Positions 8,313-17,890 of a DNA stretch of 64,000 bases are shown here, one piece after another. The notes under the pieces were generated by a model, which worked only from the letters and a program-made list of their open reading frames with translations, made no database searches and was not told the DNA's origin. The stretch's first letter is position 1. Each line of letters starts with the position of its first letter. Origin of the DNA: Thermodesulfobacteriota bacterium (lineage in GTDB: Bacteria; Desulfobacterota; BSN033; UBA1163); assembly GCA_030017685.1 (NCBI GenBank), contig JASEHH010000007.1, positions 1,824 to 65,823 on the forward strand. Direction: 5' to 3'. A program made the position numbers and the translations under genes.

Positions 8313-8882
8313 ATGAAATTTTGGGATATTTATGACCAGTTTTATACAAAGGTAAGAAAGTTTATCCTGGCCCTGGTGAAGGATGAATGTGTGGCCGATG
8401 ACTTAATCCAGGAGACCTTTTTAAGAGTACAGCAAAAAAGCAAAAGTCTGAGGGACCCCTCCAAATTGTCTTCCTGGATCTTTCGAATCGCATATAATCT
8501 TTGCCAGGACCATTTCCGTCAGTCAAAAAAATCAGCAAAGGAAGAAAGCATTGATCAAGACGAGAAAGAGGATTTTAATGAGGCTCTTATTCAAAAGGAA
8601 TTGGGTATTCAGAAAAAGTTGGAACAACGACAAATGGGGGAGTGCGTTCAGAACCAGATCCTCCTGCCCCCTAAATCCTTACGGGAAGTGATTATCTTTT
8701 CCGATATTATGGAGTTCAGCCAACAGGAGATGGCAGAGATCCTGGGAATCACCGTTGAAAATGTGAAGGTGCGGCTTCACAGGGCCCGCAGGAAGCTGGG
8801 GACTATTCTGGAAGAGAAATGCACGTTTGAAACGGATGAGAGAAATGTTTTGGTCTGTGAACCTAAAAAGGAGTGTCGATGA
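8313..8882 (+). CDS. ECF RNA polymerase sigma factor (SigZ-like)
   Basis: ADDLIQETF, SWIFRIAYN, EMAEILG...VKVRLHRAR; Cys-containing C-terminal tail. Confidence 0.92.
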   Translation: MKFWDIYDQFYTKVRKFILALVKDECVADDLIQETFLRVQQKSKSLRDPSKLSSWIFRIAYNLCQDHFRQSKKSAKEESIDQDEKEDFNEALIQKELGIQKKLEQRQMGECVQNQILLPPKSLREVIIFSDIMEFSQQEMAEILGITVENVKVRLHRARRKLGTILEEKCTFETDERNVLVCEPKKECR

Positions 8883-9099
8883 CGAACGGTTCAGAGGGAC
8901 CAATTACTGTAGGTAAGGGAGCCCATTAGGGACACTTCCCATATTTTATTTATCAAATGGCCAATTGCTGAAATAATAAGAAAAAATTATTGCTGAATAC
9001 AAAAACATAGGTTTTAATTTAGGGAATAAAAAATATGGGGAAGTGGAAAGTGTTCCTTATTACCCTTGATTGCCCTGGTTACCCAGACAGGAGGAAAAT

Positions 9100-9699
9100 A
9101 TGAATGGGGTGAATCGATCGATCGTCTATTTTAATAAATCCGGGATTGGCAACACCGATGCGGTTGTAGACATCGTTTACAACCGCTTGAAAGAGAAAGA
9201 TATCAAGAGCGTGGTTGTGGCAAGCTCCCGGGGAGTCACAGGTCTCAAGTTTGCAAAAAAGATGGCCCGGGAGACGAACTTAGTGTTGGTAAGTTCCCAC
9301 CCGGGATTTTCTGCTCCTGGTGTCTGGAAGTTTGATCTGAAAATTTTGAAAGAAGTGGAATCTATGGGATGCAAGGTGGTGAAGCAAAGTCATATCCTCT
9401 CCGGTCTTGAGCGGTCCTTCAGTAATAAATTCTCCGGGGCCTCTCATACAGAGGTGCTTGCCGAGTCCCTTCGGTGTCTCTTCGGTGTGGGGATCAAAGT
9501 GGCGATCGAATGTGCCATCATGGCTGCGGACAGCGGCGCCATCCCCCTTGACAAGACGATTGCGGTGGCAGGCACTTCGTCATCAAAAGGAGGAGGGGCA
9601 GATTGTGCGATTGTCGTCTGGCCATCACACTGCAACAATTTTTTTGACTTCCGGGTCCTTGAGATCCTTGCCAAGCCCTTCAGGCGAGAAGCTGAGTAG
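9100..9699 (+). CDS. stand-alone pyruvate kinase C-terminal alpha/beta domain protein
   Basis: VVVASSRGVTG, LSGLERS, GIKVAIECAIMAADSG, GADCA motifs; ATG 9100 after GGAGG. Confidence 0.8.
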   Translation: MNGVNRSIVYFNKSGIGNTDAVVDIVYNRLKEKDIKSVVVASSRGVTGLKFAKKMARETNLVLVSSHPGFSAPGVWKFDLKILKEVESMGCKVVKQSHILSGLERSFSNKFSGASHTEVLAESLRCLFGVGIKVAIECAIMAADSGAIPLDKTIAVAGTSSSKGGGADCAIVVWPSHCNNFFDFRVLEILAKPFRREAE

Positions 9700-9975
9700 G
9701 TTTTCAACCAACCCATTTTCGTTCACCGGTCGGTATCCATCCCCATCTCTTACCCCCGAGTTTGTTTATAGCCTTAGGGATGATCCTCCCCTCTATAGAG
9801 CAATTTGCACTACGTCCGCTGTGTTTGAGGGTAGGGGAATTCGCTTGGTGTGGTGACCTGGGCAAGTCAGGCAAACGTTACTTCCTGTAACTTTCTCTTC
9901 CCTAAATTGTGAATTGGGTGTATATTACAACCATAAGTGGACAACGGATAGCCCCAAAGTTAAAGAGAATAACAA

Positions 9976-10140
9976 ATGTCAGAATTAATAGCTAATTGCC
10001 CGCGCTGTGGAGCGAAGGAAATGACCTTTGACCTTTTGCACCAGGTCCCGATATATGTGAAATACAATTGGCAGTATTGGTTTGAAACATTTTGTATTTG
10101 CCGTGGCTGCAATAAGTCAACAACATTTGTCCTTAGTCAA
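9976..10140 (+). pseudogene. probable truncated Cys-rich N-terminus of a DUF4145-type gene
   Basis: CPRC...CRGC zinc-ribbon-like start; sequence character changes after about 10140. Confidence 0.35.
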
Positions 10141-10445
10141 AGCAGTCCGCTGCAATTCAAACGTTACTCACTCTTTCAACTCGTAATCTTCAATCCTTGG
10201 ATACGGTTCCCAGTAATGACTTGTGAGGTGAACTCGTTAGCCAGGACTTTGGTTGATAGTATCTGCGGACTTGAGTATCGTTCGGAACGGATAAGTGAAA
10301 TGGGTTTTTTGATCACTTGTACCGAGCGTTCTGAGATCTTAAAAGCTTCTGGCATACATCCTACGATGACGTAGGCATCCCTCCATTTACTCTCTTGAAA
10401 ACATGATCGCCTTGGGGAGGATGTAGCCCTTCTCTCATAAAATAA

Positions 10446-10482
10446 TTGACATGACAAACATAATTTTGTACAATGACGTACA
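10446..10482 (+). promoter_or_regulatory. sigma70 promoter and operator of the toxin-antitoxin operon
   Basis: TTGACA-17 nt-TACAAT; TGTACA and CGTACA hexamers overlap the -10 and start region. Confidence 0.75.
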
Positions 10483-10512
10483 GAATGATATTTGGTTGGA
10501 GGTTACCCAGTT

Positions 10513-10746
10513 ATGAAAATGGTTACATTCACGGAGTTCCGTCAGAACGCAGCAAGTTATTTCGATGCTGTTGAGGAAGGAGAAACAATAAAGGTTCTCC
10601 GCCATGGTAAACCCATTGCAGAGGTCGTTCCTGCCTCAGCTGAAGAAAGAGCCCTTTCCTGGAAACAATCCGGCTTAAGGTTATCTGTAAAAGGAGCCTC
10701 CTTAAGCAAGGAGATTCTTAGGGAAAGGAAACAATCTAAAAGATGA
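10513..10746 (+). CDS. Phd/YefM family antitoxin
   Basis: TFTEFRQN...VEEGETIKVLRHGKPIAEVVP; ATG 10513 after GGAGG. Confidence 0.9.
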   Translation: MKMVTFTEFRQNAASYFDAVEEGETIKVLRHGKPIAEVVPASAEERALSWKQSGLRLSVKGASLSKEILRERKQSKR

Positions 10747-11156
10747 GGATTTTTTTCGACTCTTCAGCCTTTGCTAAAAGGTACATTGAAGAACCTGGCA
10801 GTGATAAAATAGAAGATCTTTGTGTTCAGGCTACTCTGTTAGGGATTAGCTCTGTTTGTTTGCCTGAAGTTATTTCTGGCTTATGCAGATTGAGCCGGGA
10901 TTCTATCCTAACGAAAAATCAATATGAGGTTACAAAGGGAGCCTTGTTGAAAGATTTTGAGGATATAACGGTTTGTAACATCACCCCAGCAGTGATTGGG
11001 AAAACAATTCACATCCTTGAAACAAATACGCTCCGGACCTTGGACGCATTACATATAGGCTGCGCCTTGGAGTGGAAAGCGGAAGTTTTTGTATCTTCCG
11101 ACCTTAGACAGATTTCAACTGCGAAAAAGATGGGTTTGAAAGTGGTGAAAGTGTAG
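10743..11156 (+). CDS. vapC: VapC family PIN-domain toxin
   Basis: FFDSSAFAK, E, LRTLDALHIGCA, SSD acidic PIN residues; ATGA overlap with the antitoxin. Confidence 0.92.
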   Translation: MRIFFDSSAFAKRYIEEPGSDKIEDLCVQATLLGISSVCLPEVISGLCRLSRDSILTKNQYEVTKGALLKDFEDITVCNITPAVIGKTIHILETNTLRTLDALHIGCALEWKAEVFVSSDLRQISTAKKMGLKVVKV

Positions 11157-11166
11157 TAAACTCTTC

Positions 11167-11244
11167 AACCTCTAAGAGGGGTTCATCGTCTGGGCCTCGG
11201 AGCCGAAACTTGACCGCCACATCGTTTACGGACATGGTGAACAT
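11167..11244 (-). pseudogene. N-terminal remnant resembling a CoxS/XdhC-type 2Fe-2S subunit
   Basis: GAGGT RBS then MFTMSVNDVAVKFRLRGPDDEPLLEV, which runs into the vapC 3' end. Confidence 0.4.
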
Positions 11245-11262
11245 TTTTACCTCACCCATCTC

Positions 11263-11808
11263 TTACCCTCTTGAAATAGTGATCACCTTGGGGAGGATAT
11301 CCCCCCAACCGCCTCTTGCCTTTCTCTTTTCGAGAATCTTTTGCTCAATCTCGGCGGGGTCACCGAAGTAGATGCAGTGGGCGAGGCAGATATTATCCGC
11401 ACAGGCCGGATAGAGTCCCTTATCCACCCGGTGATGGCAGAGATTGCACTTAGTCACCGTCTTTTTTTCTTCGTCAAACCTAATGGCATGGTAAGGGCAT
11501 TCATCGATGCAAAGCTGACACCCGTTGCATTTATCGTAGTCAAGGATGACGATCCCGTCTTCTCTTTTTGTTATGGCTTCCACTGGGCATGCTTGTGCAC
11601 AGGGAGGGTCATCGCAGTGCTTGCAGACGTTCACACGCCACACGAAATCGAGCTTCCCGTTCATCAGTTTGGGGCCGTCCGGCCAGACAGACAGATACTT
11701 GATCCCATTGTCTGCATCGACGGAATTGTACTCCTGTTTGCAAGCCACTTCACAAGCCCTGCATCCCCAGCAGGCAAACTCTTCGATAATAATTGCGTGC
11801 TTACTCAT
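11263..11808 (-). CDS. 4Fe-4S dicluster electron-transfer subunit (DmsB/NrfC-like)
   Basis: CWGCRACEVAC, CKHCDDPPCAQACP, CNGCQLCIDECP, KCNLC motifs. Confidence 0.95.
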   Translation of the reverse strand: MSKHAIIIEEFACWGCRACEVACKQEYNSVDADNGIKYLSVWPDGPKLMNGKLDFVWRVNVCKHCDDPPCAQACPVEAITKREDGIVILDYDKCNGCQLCIDECPYHAIRFDEEKKTVTKCNLCHHRVDKGLYPACADNICLAHCIYFGDPAEIEQKILEKRKARGGWGDILPKVITISRG

Positions 11809-11877
11809 GGTTGGCCCCCTGGTATAATCTTAAATAAAATTACGAATTATACCTGATTACTAAGATTATCAGACATC

Positions 11878-14046
11878 CTATTCTTTTTTTTCATAAGATG
11901 CTTTCTTTTCGGGATAGATCCTGCACAGAAGCGTCCTGATATTCGACGCACCCATTGCGGGGTCACAGCTTTCTAAGGCATTGTCAGTGAGGATATTGAT
12001 GTTGGATTCATGCCAGCCGTGACCTGGATCTTTCTTCTCGGGAAACCACCATCCATGCTGGGCTGCAACGATCCGGGGATCGCGGCCGAGGCTGAGCCTT
12101 ACCCGCTGTCTCACGATTCCTCGACGGGATTCAATGATGACCCAATCGCCCTCATGGATGCCTTCCTTTGCTGCTGCGTCGGGATGGATTTCAACGATTG
12201 GATCCCGATGAAGCTCTCTGAGCCGTCCGATCTGCCTGTTTTCTGTATGAAAGAATCCGGGCTGTCGCGCACCCGTAATCAGGATATAGGGATATTCCTT
12301 ATAGAGTTCCGGCGTACTGACCGGGCTTTCGGAGGGCTCCCTGTGCTGAGGGAGGGGATCGTATCCCATCTTTTCGAGCGTGGTGGAATAGAGCTCAAAT
12401 TTCCTTGTGGGAGTGGAGAATCCCCCTTCCTTATACTTGTAGTATTTCACCTCTCCTCTGATGTAATTCATCTTCTTAAAATCCTTCCAGGTGGTGTTCA
12501 TCGGATGGAGGATATAATCGAGGGCCTCTTCAAAGTTGTTCCACCAGTATTGGCCTTGGCCGATCCGGTGGGCGAGATCGTTCAGCATCTCATGGTCTGA
12601 GCGGCATTCGCCGACCTGGATGACCTTCCGGCGTGGCAGGATATAGCCGTGACGCTTCCAGAAGTCGCCGACGTAGTCCATCTCAAGCCAGGTGGCAGCA
12701 GGAAGAACGATGTCTGCAAGTTCTGCGGTGGGAGTGAGGAAGAAGTCAGCTACGGCCATGAAGTCGACCTTTTCAAGAGCACGGTAAACTTCTTTCGCAT
12801 TGGCACGGGTGATCACGGGGTTGGAGCTAATCAGAAATAGCATTTTGACCGGGTAGGGTTTTTCCTCGAGGATTGCATCCCAGACGCATTTCGGTTGAAG
12901 GATGGCGAATCGAGAAGCAAGACGAAAACGCTCCCCTCCCAATCGCTTTGCAAATTGGTCTTTCGGGAGCATGCCATGGGCGCCGAATTGACCTACGTTG
13001 ACGACATTTGGTGTCCGGTTGAGAACCTGACCACCGGGGGCGTCAATGTTGCCGGTTATCCCCATGAGGAACATGAGCAACCGGTCATTGTCAGCGCAGT
13101 TCGTCTGCTGCTCGATGGCCACACCCCACTGAATGGCCGCAGGTTTGGTTGTCGCAAAGAGCCGTGCTGCCTCTCTGATCTTTTCTTTGGGAACCCAGGT
13201 GATCTCCTGAACTCTCTCGAGGGGGTATTCATTCACCCTCTGGACAAATGGATCCCAGCCATGGGTATATTTTTCGACGAATTCTCTGTCGTAAAGCTCC
13301 TCATTGACGATCACATTGAGCATGCCGAGGGCGAGGGCAGCGTCTGTGCCAGGTCTGAGCTGGAGCCAGACATTCGCCCGTGCTGCGGGACGGGTGAGCC
13401 TTGGATCAACGACAATGAGCTTGGCGCCCTTGTCGAGAGCCACTGAAAAAGGTTCCCCTTTGTATTCGTCTGGATTACTGATCGTCACGTTGTTTCCCCA
13501 CATGATGATGCACTTGGGGAAATTCTCGTAGTCGACGATCGGATTCGTGCCGCAGGTGATGATGCTTGTACAGATACGGGGGCCGTAACAGAAGTGGCCT
13601 GCCGTGATCACATTGGGTGAACCAAGGACGTTGGCGATGCGATAGATCACTGCCTCATTTTCCCTGCCGGTCCCATAGCCGAATACGACAGATTCAGGCC
13701 CGTACTTTTCTTTATAGGTGAGGATTCGCTCCGCAATCGTGTCCAGGGCCTCATCCCATGAGATCCGTTCCCATTTGCCGCTTGCTTTGGGGCCGATCCT
13801 TTTGACAGGGTAGGTAAGTCTGTCTTTATGGTAGGCAAGCTGTGCCGAGGCAAGCCCTTTGGTGCACAGCGTCCCATGGGCAATGGGGCAATCCGGATCG
13901 CCGGCAATTTTTGCAACTTTGCCGTCTTTCACATAGACGATGACTCCGCAACCCCCATGGCACATTCGGCAGTGGCTTTTGACGAATGAATCGTATCCAT
14001 AGACTTCCATCTCGCGCTCTATGTTCGAGTGTCGAAACTCAGGCAT
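11878..14046 (-). CDS. molybdopterin oxidoreductase, acetylene-hydratase-like clade
   Basis: CRMCHGGC Fe-S motif, GHFC candidate metal-ligand Cys, VDPR, LRPGTD, HGWWFPE motifs. Confidence 0.9.
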   Translation of the reverse strand: MPEFRHSNIEREMEVYGYDSFVKSHCRMCHGGCGVIVYVKDGKVAKIAGDPDCPIAHGTLCTKGLASAQLAYHKDRLTYPVKRIGPKASGKWERISWDEALDTIAERILTYKEKYGPESVVFGYGTGRENEAVIYRIANVLGSPNVITAGHFCYGPRICTSIITCGTNPIVDYENFPKCIIMWGNNVTISNPDEYKGEPFSVALDKGAKLIVVDPRLTRPAARANVWLQLRPGTDAALALGMLNVIVNEELYDREFVEKYTHGWDPFVQRVNEYPLERVQEITWVPKEKIREAARLFATTKPAAIQWGVAIEQQTNCADNDRLLMFLMGITGNIDAPGGQVLNRTPNVVNVGQFGAHGMLPKDQFAKRLGGERFRLASRFAILQPKCVWDAILEEKPYPVKMLFLISSNPVITRANAKEVYRALEKVDFMAVADFFLTPTAELADIVLPAATWLEMDYVGDFWKRHGYILPRRKVIQVGECRSDHEMLNDLAHRIGQGQYWWNNFEEALDYILHPMNTTWKDFKKMNYIRGEVKYYKYKEGGFSTPTRKFELYSTTLEKMGYDPLPQHREPSESPVSTPELYKEYPYILITGARQPGFFHTENRQIGRLRELHRDPIVEIHPDAAAKEGIHEGDWVIIESRRGIVRQRVRLSLGRDPRIVAAQHGWWFPEKKDPGHGWHESNINILTDNALESCDPAMGASNIRTLLCRIYPEKKASYEKKE

Positions 14047-14264
14047 TCTTCCCTCCTGACGATTCTTTCAAAGCGAAATAATAACCCATAAGTCTGATTT
14101 AGTGAAGCGAACAGATAAAGGGGGAGGCGTAAAGAGAAGGTTAGAAATGCTCCTCATATGGGATTTTCTTGATGAATTGACCTCGGGGGTATTTTCTTTT
14201 ATAAAGATGTCAAATGTCAACGAAAAAGAAAGGGTGTCTTAAAAAAATATCTTAAAAAATCCTC

Positions 14265-14293
14265 TTGACAACAAATTTGGGTTGTGTTACATA
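14265..14293 (+). promoter_or_regulatory. sigma70 promoter of aro operon
   Basis: TTGACA-17 nt-TACATA with TGn extension; 27/32 identical to the trp promoter. Confidence 0.7.
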
Positions 14294-14313
14294 ACACCTC
14301 CAGAAGGTGAAAA

Positions 14314-14409
14314 ATGGATCAGCTTCATCATCTTAATTTTAGCAGTGGGTTTTATTTTTATTGGTTCTTCTATGCCGGGATCTGCCCACTGCCTCGCGCT
14401 GATCATTAA
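14314..14409 (+). CDS. aro operon leader peptide (31 aa, FYFYWFFY control run)
   Basis: [40 protein letters not shown]; lies between promoter and terminators. Confidence 0.9.
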   Translation: MDQLHHLNFSSGFYFYWFFYAGICPLPRADH

Positions 14410-14426
14410 TAAATAAAAAAACAGTT

Positions 14427-14466
14427 AAGGCCGTGGGTAGATTAAATTCTACCCACGGCCTTTTTT
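14427..14466 (+). terminator. attenuator terminator 1
   Basis: AAGGCCGTGGGTAGA-ttaaat-TCTACCCACGGCCTT followed by a T run. Confidence 0.9.
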
Positions 14467-14472
14467 ATTTTC

Positions 14473-14505
14473 AGCCGTGGGAAAATCCTTCTCACGGCTT
14501 TTTTT
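14473..14505 (+). terminator. attenuator terminator 2
   Basis: AGCCGTGGGAA-aatcc-TTCTCACGGCT followed by a T run. Confidence 0.85.
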
Positions 14506-14531
14506 ATCCTGGAAAAGGAGGTCAGAGTCTC

Positions 14532-15332
14532 ATGATTGGGAAAAGGATTCGTCTGGAACGCATCATAGACCGGAACTCCGGCAAGACAGTGATCATACCC
14601 ATGGATCACGGAGTGACGGTAGGGCCAATGGCCGGGTTGATCAGAATCCAAGAGACGATCAATGCCGTCGCAATGGGCGGAGCGAGCGCCATCGTTATCC
14701 ATAAGGGACTGGTAGAGACCGGCCACCGGCGAGGCGGAAAGGATGTGGGGTTGGTCGTTCATCTTTCGGCGAGCACCCGGATCGCCCCTAATCCAAACTC
14801 CAAAACTATGGTATGCACGGTGGAGGAGGCGATCAAGTTAGGGGCGGATGGAGTTTCCATACATGTGAATCTTGGAGCTGAGGATGAAAGATCCATGCTG
14901 AATGATCTGGGTAATGTAGGGAGGGTGGCTATGGAATGGGGAATGCCGCTTTTAGCCATGATGTACACGCGAGGTCCCAAGATAAAGAATGAATATGATG
15001 TTGAGTTGGTAAAACATGCGGCTCGAGTAGGAGCTGAGCTCGGAGCAGATATCGTCAAGGTCCCCTATACGGGTTCTGTGGAGAGCTTTAGCGAAGTGGT
15101 GGAAGGTTGTCCTATTCCAGTGGTTATTGCCGGCGGGGAGAAGATGGGAAATGATCGGGATATTTTAAACATGGTTAAGGGAGCGATGGATGCAGGAGGG
15201 GCTGGAGTTTCCATCGGCAGAAATGTTTTCCAGCATAAGGACCCGAGGAGGGTCGTTCAGGCCATTTTCAAGATCGTTCACCATGGCTGCACGGTCGAGG
15301 AGGGACTGAAGGGTTTGGAGGAGGGAATATGA
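14532..15332 (+). CDS. aroA': 2-amino-3,7-dideoxy-D-threo-hept-6-ulosonate synthase (archaeal-type, DhnA-like aldolase)
   Basis: [26 protein letters not shown] motifs; adjacent to DHQ synthase II; ATG 14532 after AGGAGG. Confidence 0.9.
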   Translation: MIGKRIRLERIIDRNSGKTVIIPMDHGVTVGPMAGLIRIQETINAVAMGGASAIVIHKGLVETGHRRGGKDVGLVVHLSASTRIAPNPNSKTMVCTVEEAIKLGADGVSIHVNLGAEDERSMLNDLGNVGRVAMEWGMPLLAMMYTRGPKIKNEYDVELVKHAARVGAELGADIVKVPYTGSVESFSEVVEGCPIPVVIAGGEKMGNDRDILNMVKGAMDAGGAGVSIGRNVFQHKDPRRVVQAIFKIVHHGCTVEEGLKGLEEGI

Positions 15333-16321
15333 AAAAGATCTGGGTAAAGTCGATTCCCTGGAACCAGGAGATCGCTCTCACGGCAATGGAGAGTGGGGCA
15401 GATGGACTCTGGATCCCGGCAGGGATGAGGGAAGAGGTGCGAAAGATAGGCATCATTTCTATCATCGCCGAGGATGGGGATTTGAAATTAGGCCATGATG
15501 TGGTGGAGAAAGAGATTCGGGAGAAGAGAGACGAAGAAGAGATTGTGACCTTAACCCTCTCGAAGAAAGTGGTGGTGAAAAATGGAGACTGGAGGATCAT
15601 CCCTCTGGAGAATTTATTAAGCAGGACCAATAACCTCTTCGTTGAGATCGACAACTTTTTGGAGGGGGAAACGGCACTGGGTATCCTTGAAAAGGGGGTA
15701 GATGGGGTGGTGATCAACAGTCCCGATCCAAATGTGGTGCGGGAGATCATCCACTCCCTCAAGAGAGAGGCCGAAAGATTTGAACTCCTTACGGCCAGGA
15801 TCAAGCAGATTAAACCCCTCGGCCTGGGAGACCGGGTCTGTATCGATACCTGTTCTTCAATGCTCCTGGGCGAAGGGATGTTGGTGGGCAATAGCAGCCA
15901 GGCCCTCTTTCTCGTTCATTCCGAGAGCATTGAGAACCCTTTTGTCAATACGAGACCTTTCCGGGTCAATGCCGGTCCTCTGCATTCCTATATTCGCTTG
16001 GCCGATGGCCAGACGAAGTATCTCTCAGAGATCTGTTCAGGCGATCGGGTTCTGATCGTCAATTTCGAAGGGAAGAGTTTCCCTGCAGTGGTGGGGAGGG
16101 CCAAGATAGAGAGGCGTCCTTTGGTCCTGGTGGAGGCCGAGGAAAACGACCAGGTCATTTCAATTATTCTGCAGAATGCAGAAACGATCAGGCTCACTCA
16201 GCCTTGTGGAAAAGCGATATCCCTGGTCGATCTCAAAGAGGGGAGCGAGGTCCTGGTCTATCGGGAGACATTCGCCAGACATTTCGGGGTCAAGATCGAC
16301 GAGACCATCGTGGAAAGGTGA
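15329..16321 (+). CDS. aroB': 3-dehydroquinate synthase II
   Basis: [39 protein letters not shown] motifs. Confidence 0.95.
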   Translation: MKKIWVKSIPWNQEIALTAMESGADGLWIPAGMREEVRKIGIISIIAEDGDLKLGHDVVEKEIREKRDEEEIVTLTLSKKVVVKNGDWRIIPLENLLSRTNNLFVEIDNFLEGETALGILEKGVDGVVINSPDPNVVREIIHSLKREAERFELLTARIKQIKPLGLGDRVCIDTCSSMLLGEGMLVGNSSQALFLVHSESIENPFVNTRPFRVNAGPLHSYIRLADGQTKYLSEICSGDRVLIVNFEGKSFPAVVGRAKIERRPLVLVEAEENDQVISIILQNAETIRLTQPCGKAISLVDLKEGSEVLVYRETFARHFGVKIDETIVER

Positions 16322-16324
16322 GCC

Positions 16325-16996
16325 ATGCTCAAAATCTGCATCCCCATTATCGAGACCACTGTGGAGAAGGCTCGTCGCTCCATTGGAGAGGCTCACCAAT
16401 GGGCTGACCTCATTGAGCTTCGGGTCGATTATTTGAAAAAACCTGAACTCAAGCCACTCATGGACCATGGAGGAAAGTCTTTCATCGTTACGAACCGACG
16501 AAAGGAGGAGGGGGGAAGATACGAAGGGGACGAGAGGAGGAGATTCAGGATCTTGAGGGAGGCCGTGGAATTAGGCGCTCAATATGTGGATATCGAAGTG
16601 AAAAGCAGCCCCTTTTTTCTCCAGGACATGATTTCAAATAAAAAGAGGACACGAATGATTCTCTCCTTCCACAATTTTCAGGGAACCCCCTCCCCAGGAG
16701 AGTTGAGAAGGCTTTACGATCGTATGGTTCGATGGAGACCGGATGTCGTAAAGGTGGCAACCCTTGCCACGTCATGGGAGGATAATTTCAAGGTCCTGTC
16801 GCTTATCCCCTATGCGAGAAAAGAGAAGCAGAAGATCGTAGCCTTTTGTATGGGGGAGAAGGGAAGGATGAGCCGCATTTTTGCTCCCATGATGGGAGCC
16901 GGCTGGACCTATGCCTCTTTGAACAGGAATCGGATTTCAGCCCCCGGCCAATTGACCGTAACAGAATTGAGGGAAATCTGGGAGAGGTTGAGATGA
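16325..16996 (+). CDS. aroD: type I 3-dehydroquinate dehydratase
   Basis: ELRVD, EGG, SFHNF, K, MGEKGRMSR, APGQL motifs. Confidence 0.95.
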   Translation: MLKICIPIIETTVEKARRSIGEAHQWADLIELRVDYLKKPELKPLMDHGGKSFIVTNRRKEEGGRYEGDERRRFRILREAVELGAQYVDIEVKSSPFFLQDMISNKKRTRMILSFHNFQGTPSPGELRRLYDRMVRWRPDVVKVATLATSWEDNFKVLSLIPYARKEKQKIVAFCMGEKGRMSRIFAPMMGAGWTYASLNRNRISAPGQLTVTELREIWERLR

Positions 16997-17862
16997 TCGA
17001 TGCTCAAACCGAGCTTTACGGAATCATCGGAAATCCGGTCCGGCACAGTCTGAGTCCGATCCTCCATAATGGGGTTTTTCGAAGGATGGAAATCAACGCC
17101 GTCTATCTGGCCTTGGAAGTCAAACATCTTAAAGAAGCCCTGAGTGGGATCAAAGCGTTGGGCCTACGGGGGGTGAGCGTGACGATCCCGTTTAAGACCG
17201 AGGTTTTCTCCCTGCTCGATGAAGTGGATGAGGTATCGGGAAAAATCAAATCGGTAAATACGATTGTCAATAAAGAGGGAAATTTGATCGGCTACAACAC
17301 CGATTGGCAGGGGGCAATGGAAGCCCTGGAGGAAAAGGTGAATTTAAAGGAAAAGAAGGTCCTTCTCCTCGGAGCCGGAGGTTCAGCTCGTGCCATAGGC
17401 TTTGGCCTGAAAGAGAAAATGTCCCAGATAATCGTATACAACCGATCACAGAATAGGGCTGAGGCATTGGCGAAGGAACTGGGATGCAACCATTGCCCGC
17501 TTTCATCGGTTGAGGAGATGGAGTGGGATATTATCGTCAATGCCACCTCTGTCGGTATGTATCCCCATGATGCGGAGAGCCCTATCCCGAAAGAGGTCTT
17601 GAAGAAAGGGATGGTTGTGATGGACATTGTCTATCAACCGCTACGGACGAGGCTCCTTCAGGAAGCTGAAGAACAGGGGTGTGTGACGATCGATGGGCTC
17701 GAAATGCTTGCCCGCCAGGGAGCGGCCCAGCTTGAAATCTGGATAGGTAGAAGACCTGATCTCAAGGAGATCAGGGAAGATCTGTGGCGAGCACTGGGGA
17801 GAGTTCCCCTCACCCCATCCCTCTCCCCAGCGGGGAGAGGGGAAGTCGCCGACGCGTCATAG
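16993..17862 (+). CDS. aroE: shikimate dehydrogenase
   Basis: GNPVRHSLSP, VTIPFK, VNT, NTD, GAGGSARA motifs; ATGA overlap with aroD. Confidence 0.95.
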   Translation: MIDAQTELYGIIGNPVRHSLSPILHNGVFRRMEINAVYLALEVKHLKEALSGIKALGLRGVSVTIPFKTEVFSLLDEVDEVSGKIKSVNTIVNKEGNLIGYNTDWQGAMEALEEKVNLKEKKVLLLGAGGSARAIGFGLKEKMSQIIVYNRSQNRAEALAKELGCNHCPLSSVEEMEWDIIVNATSVGMYPHDAESPIPKEVLKKGMVVMDIVYQPLRTRLLQEAEEQGCVTIDGLEMLARQGAAQLEIWIGRRPDLKEIREDLWRALGRVPLTPSLSPAGRGEVADAS

Positions 17863-17890
17863 CTGCTTTGGCAACGGCGCGGATGAGGGA
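17806..17890. repeat. REP-like C/G palindrome with internal insert, overlapping aroE 3' end
   Basis: CCCCTCACCCCATCCCTCTCCCC-AGC-GGGGAGAGGGG...GATGAGGGA. Confidence 0.7.

Noticed and set aside
9700..9900. Possible insertion-sequence end or ORF 9407-9856
   Set aside because: No clear terminal repeat pair or transposase; the ORF is an alternate frame of the real gene
10176..10457. Possible IS3-family transposase fragment
   Set aside because: Resemblance is limited to a few residues (ISER) with no DDE region
14433..14531. Extended N-terminus of aroA' in the ORF track
   Set aside because: It runs through the attenuator terminators; ATG 14532 has a strong RBS
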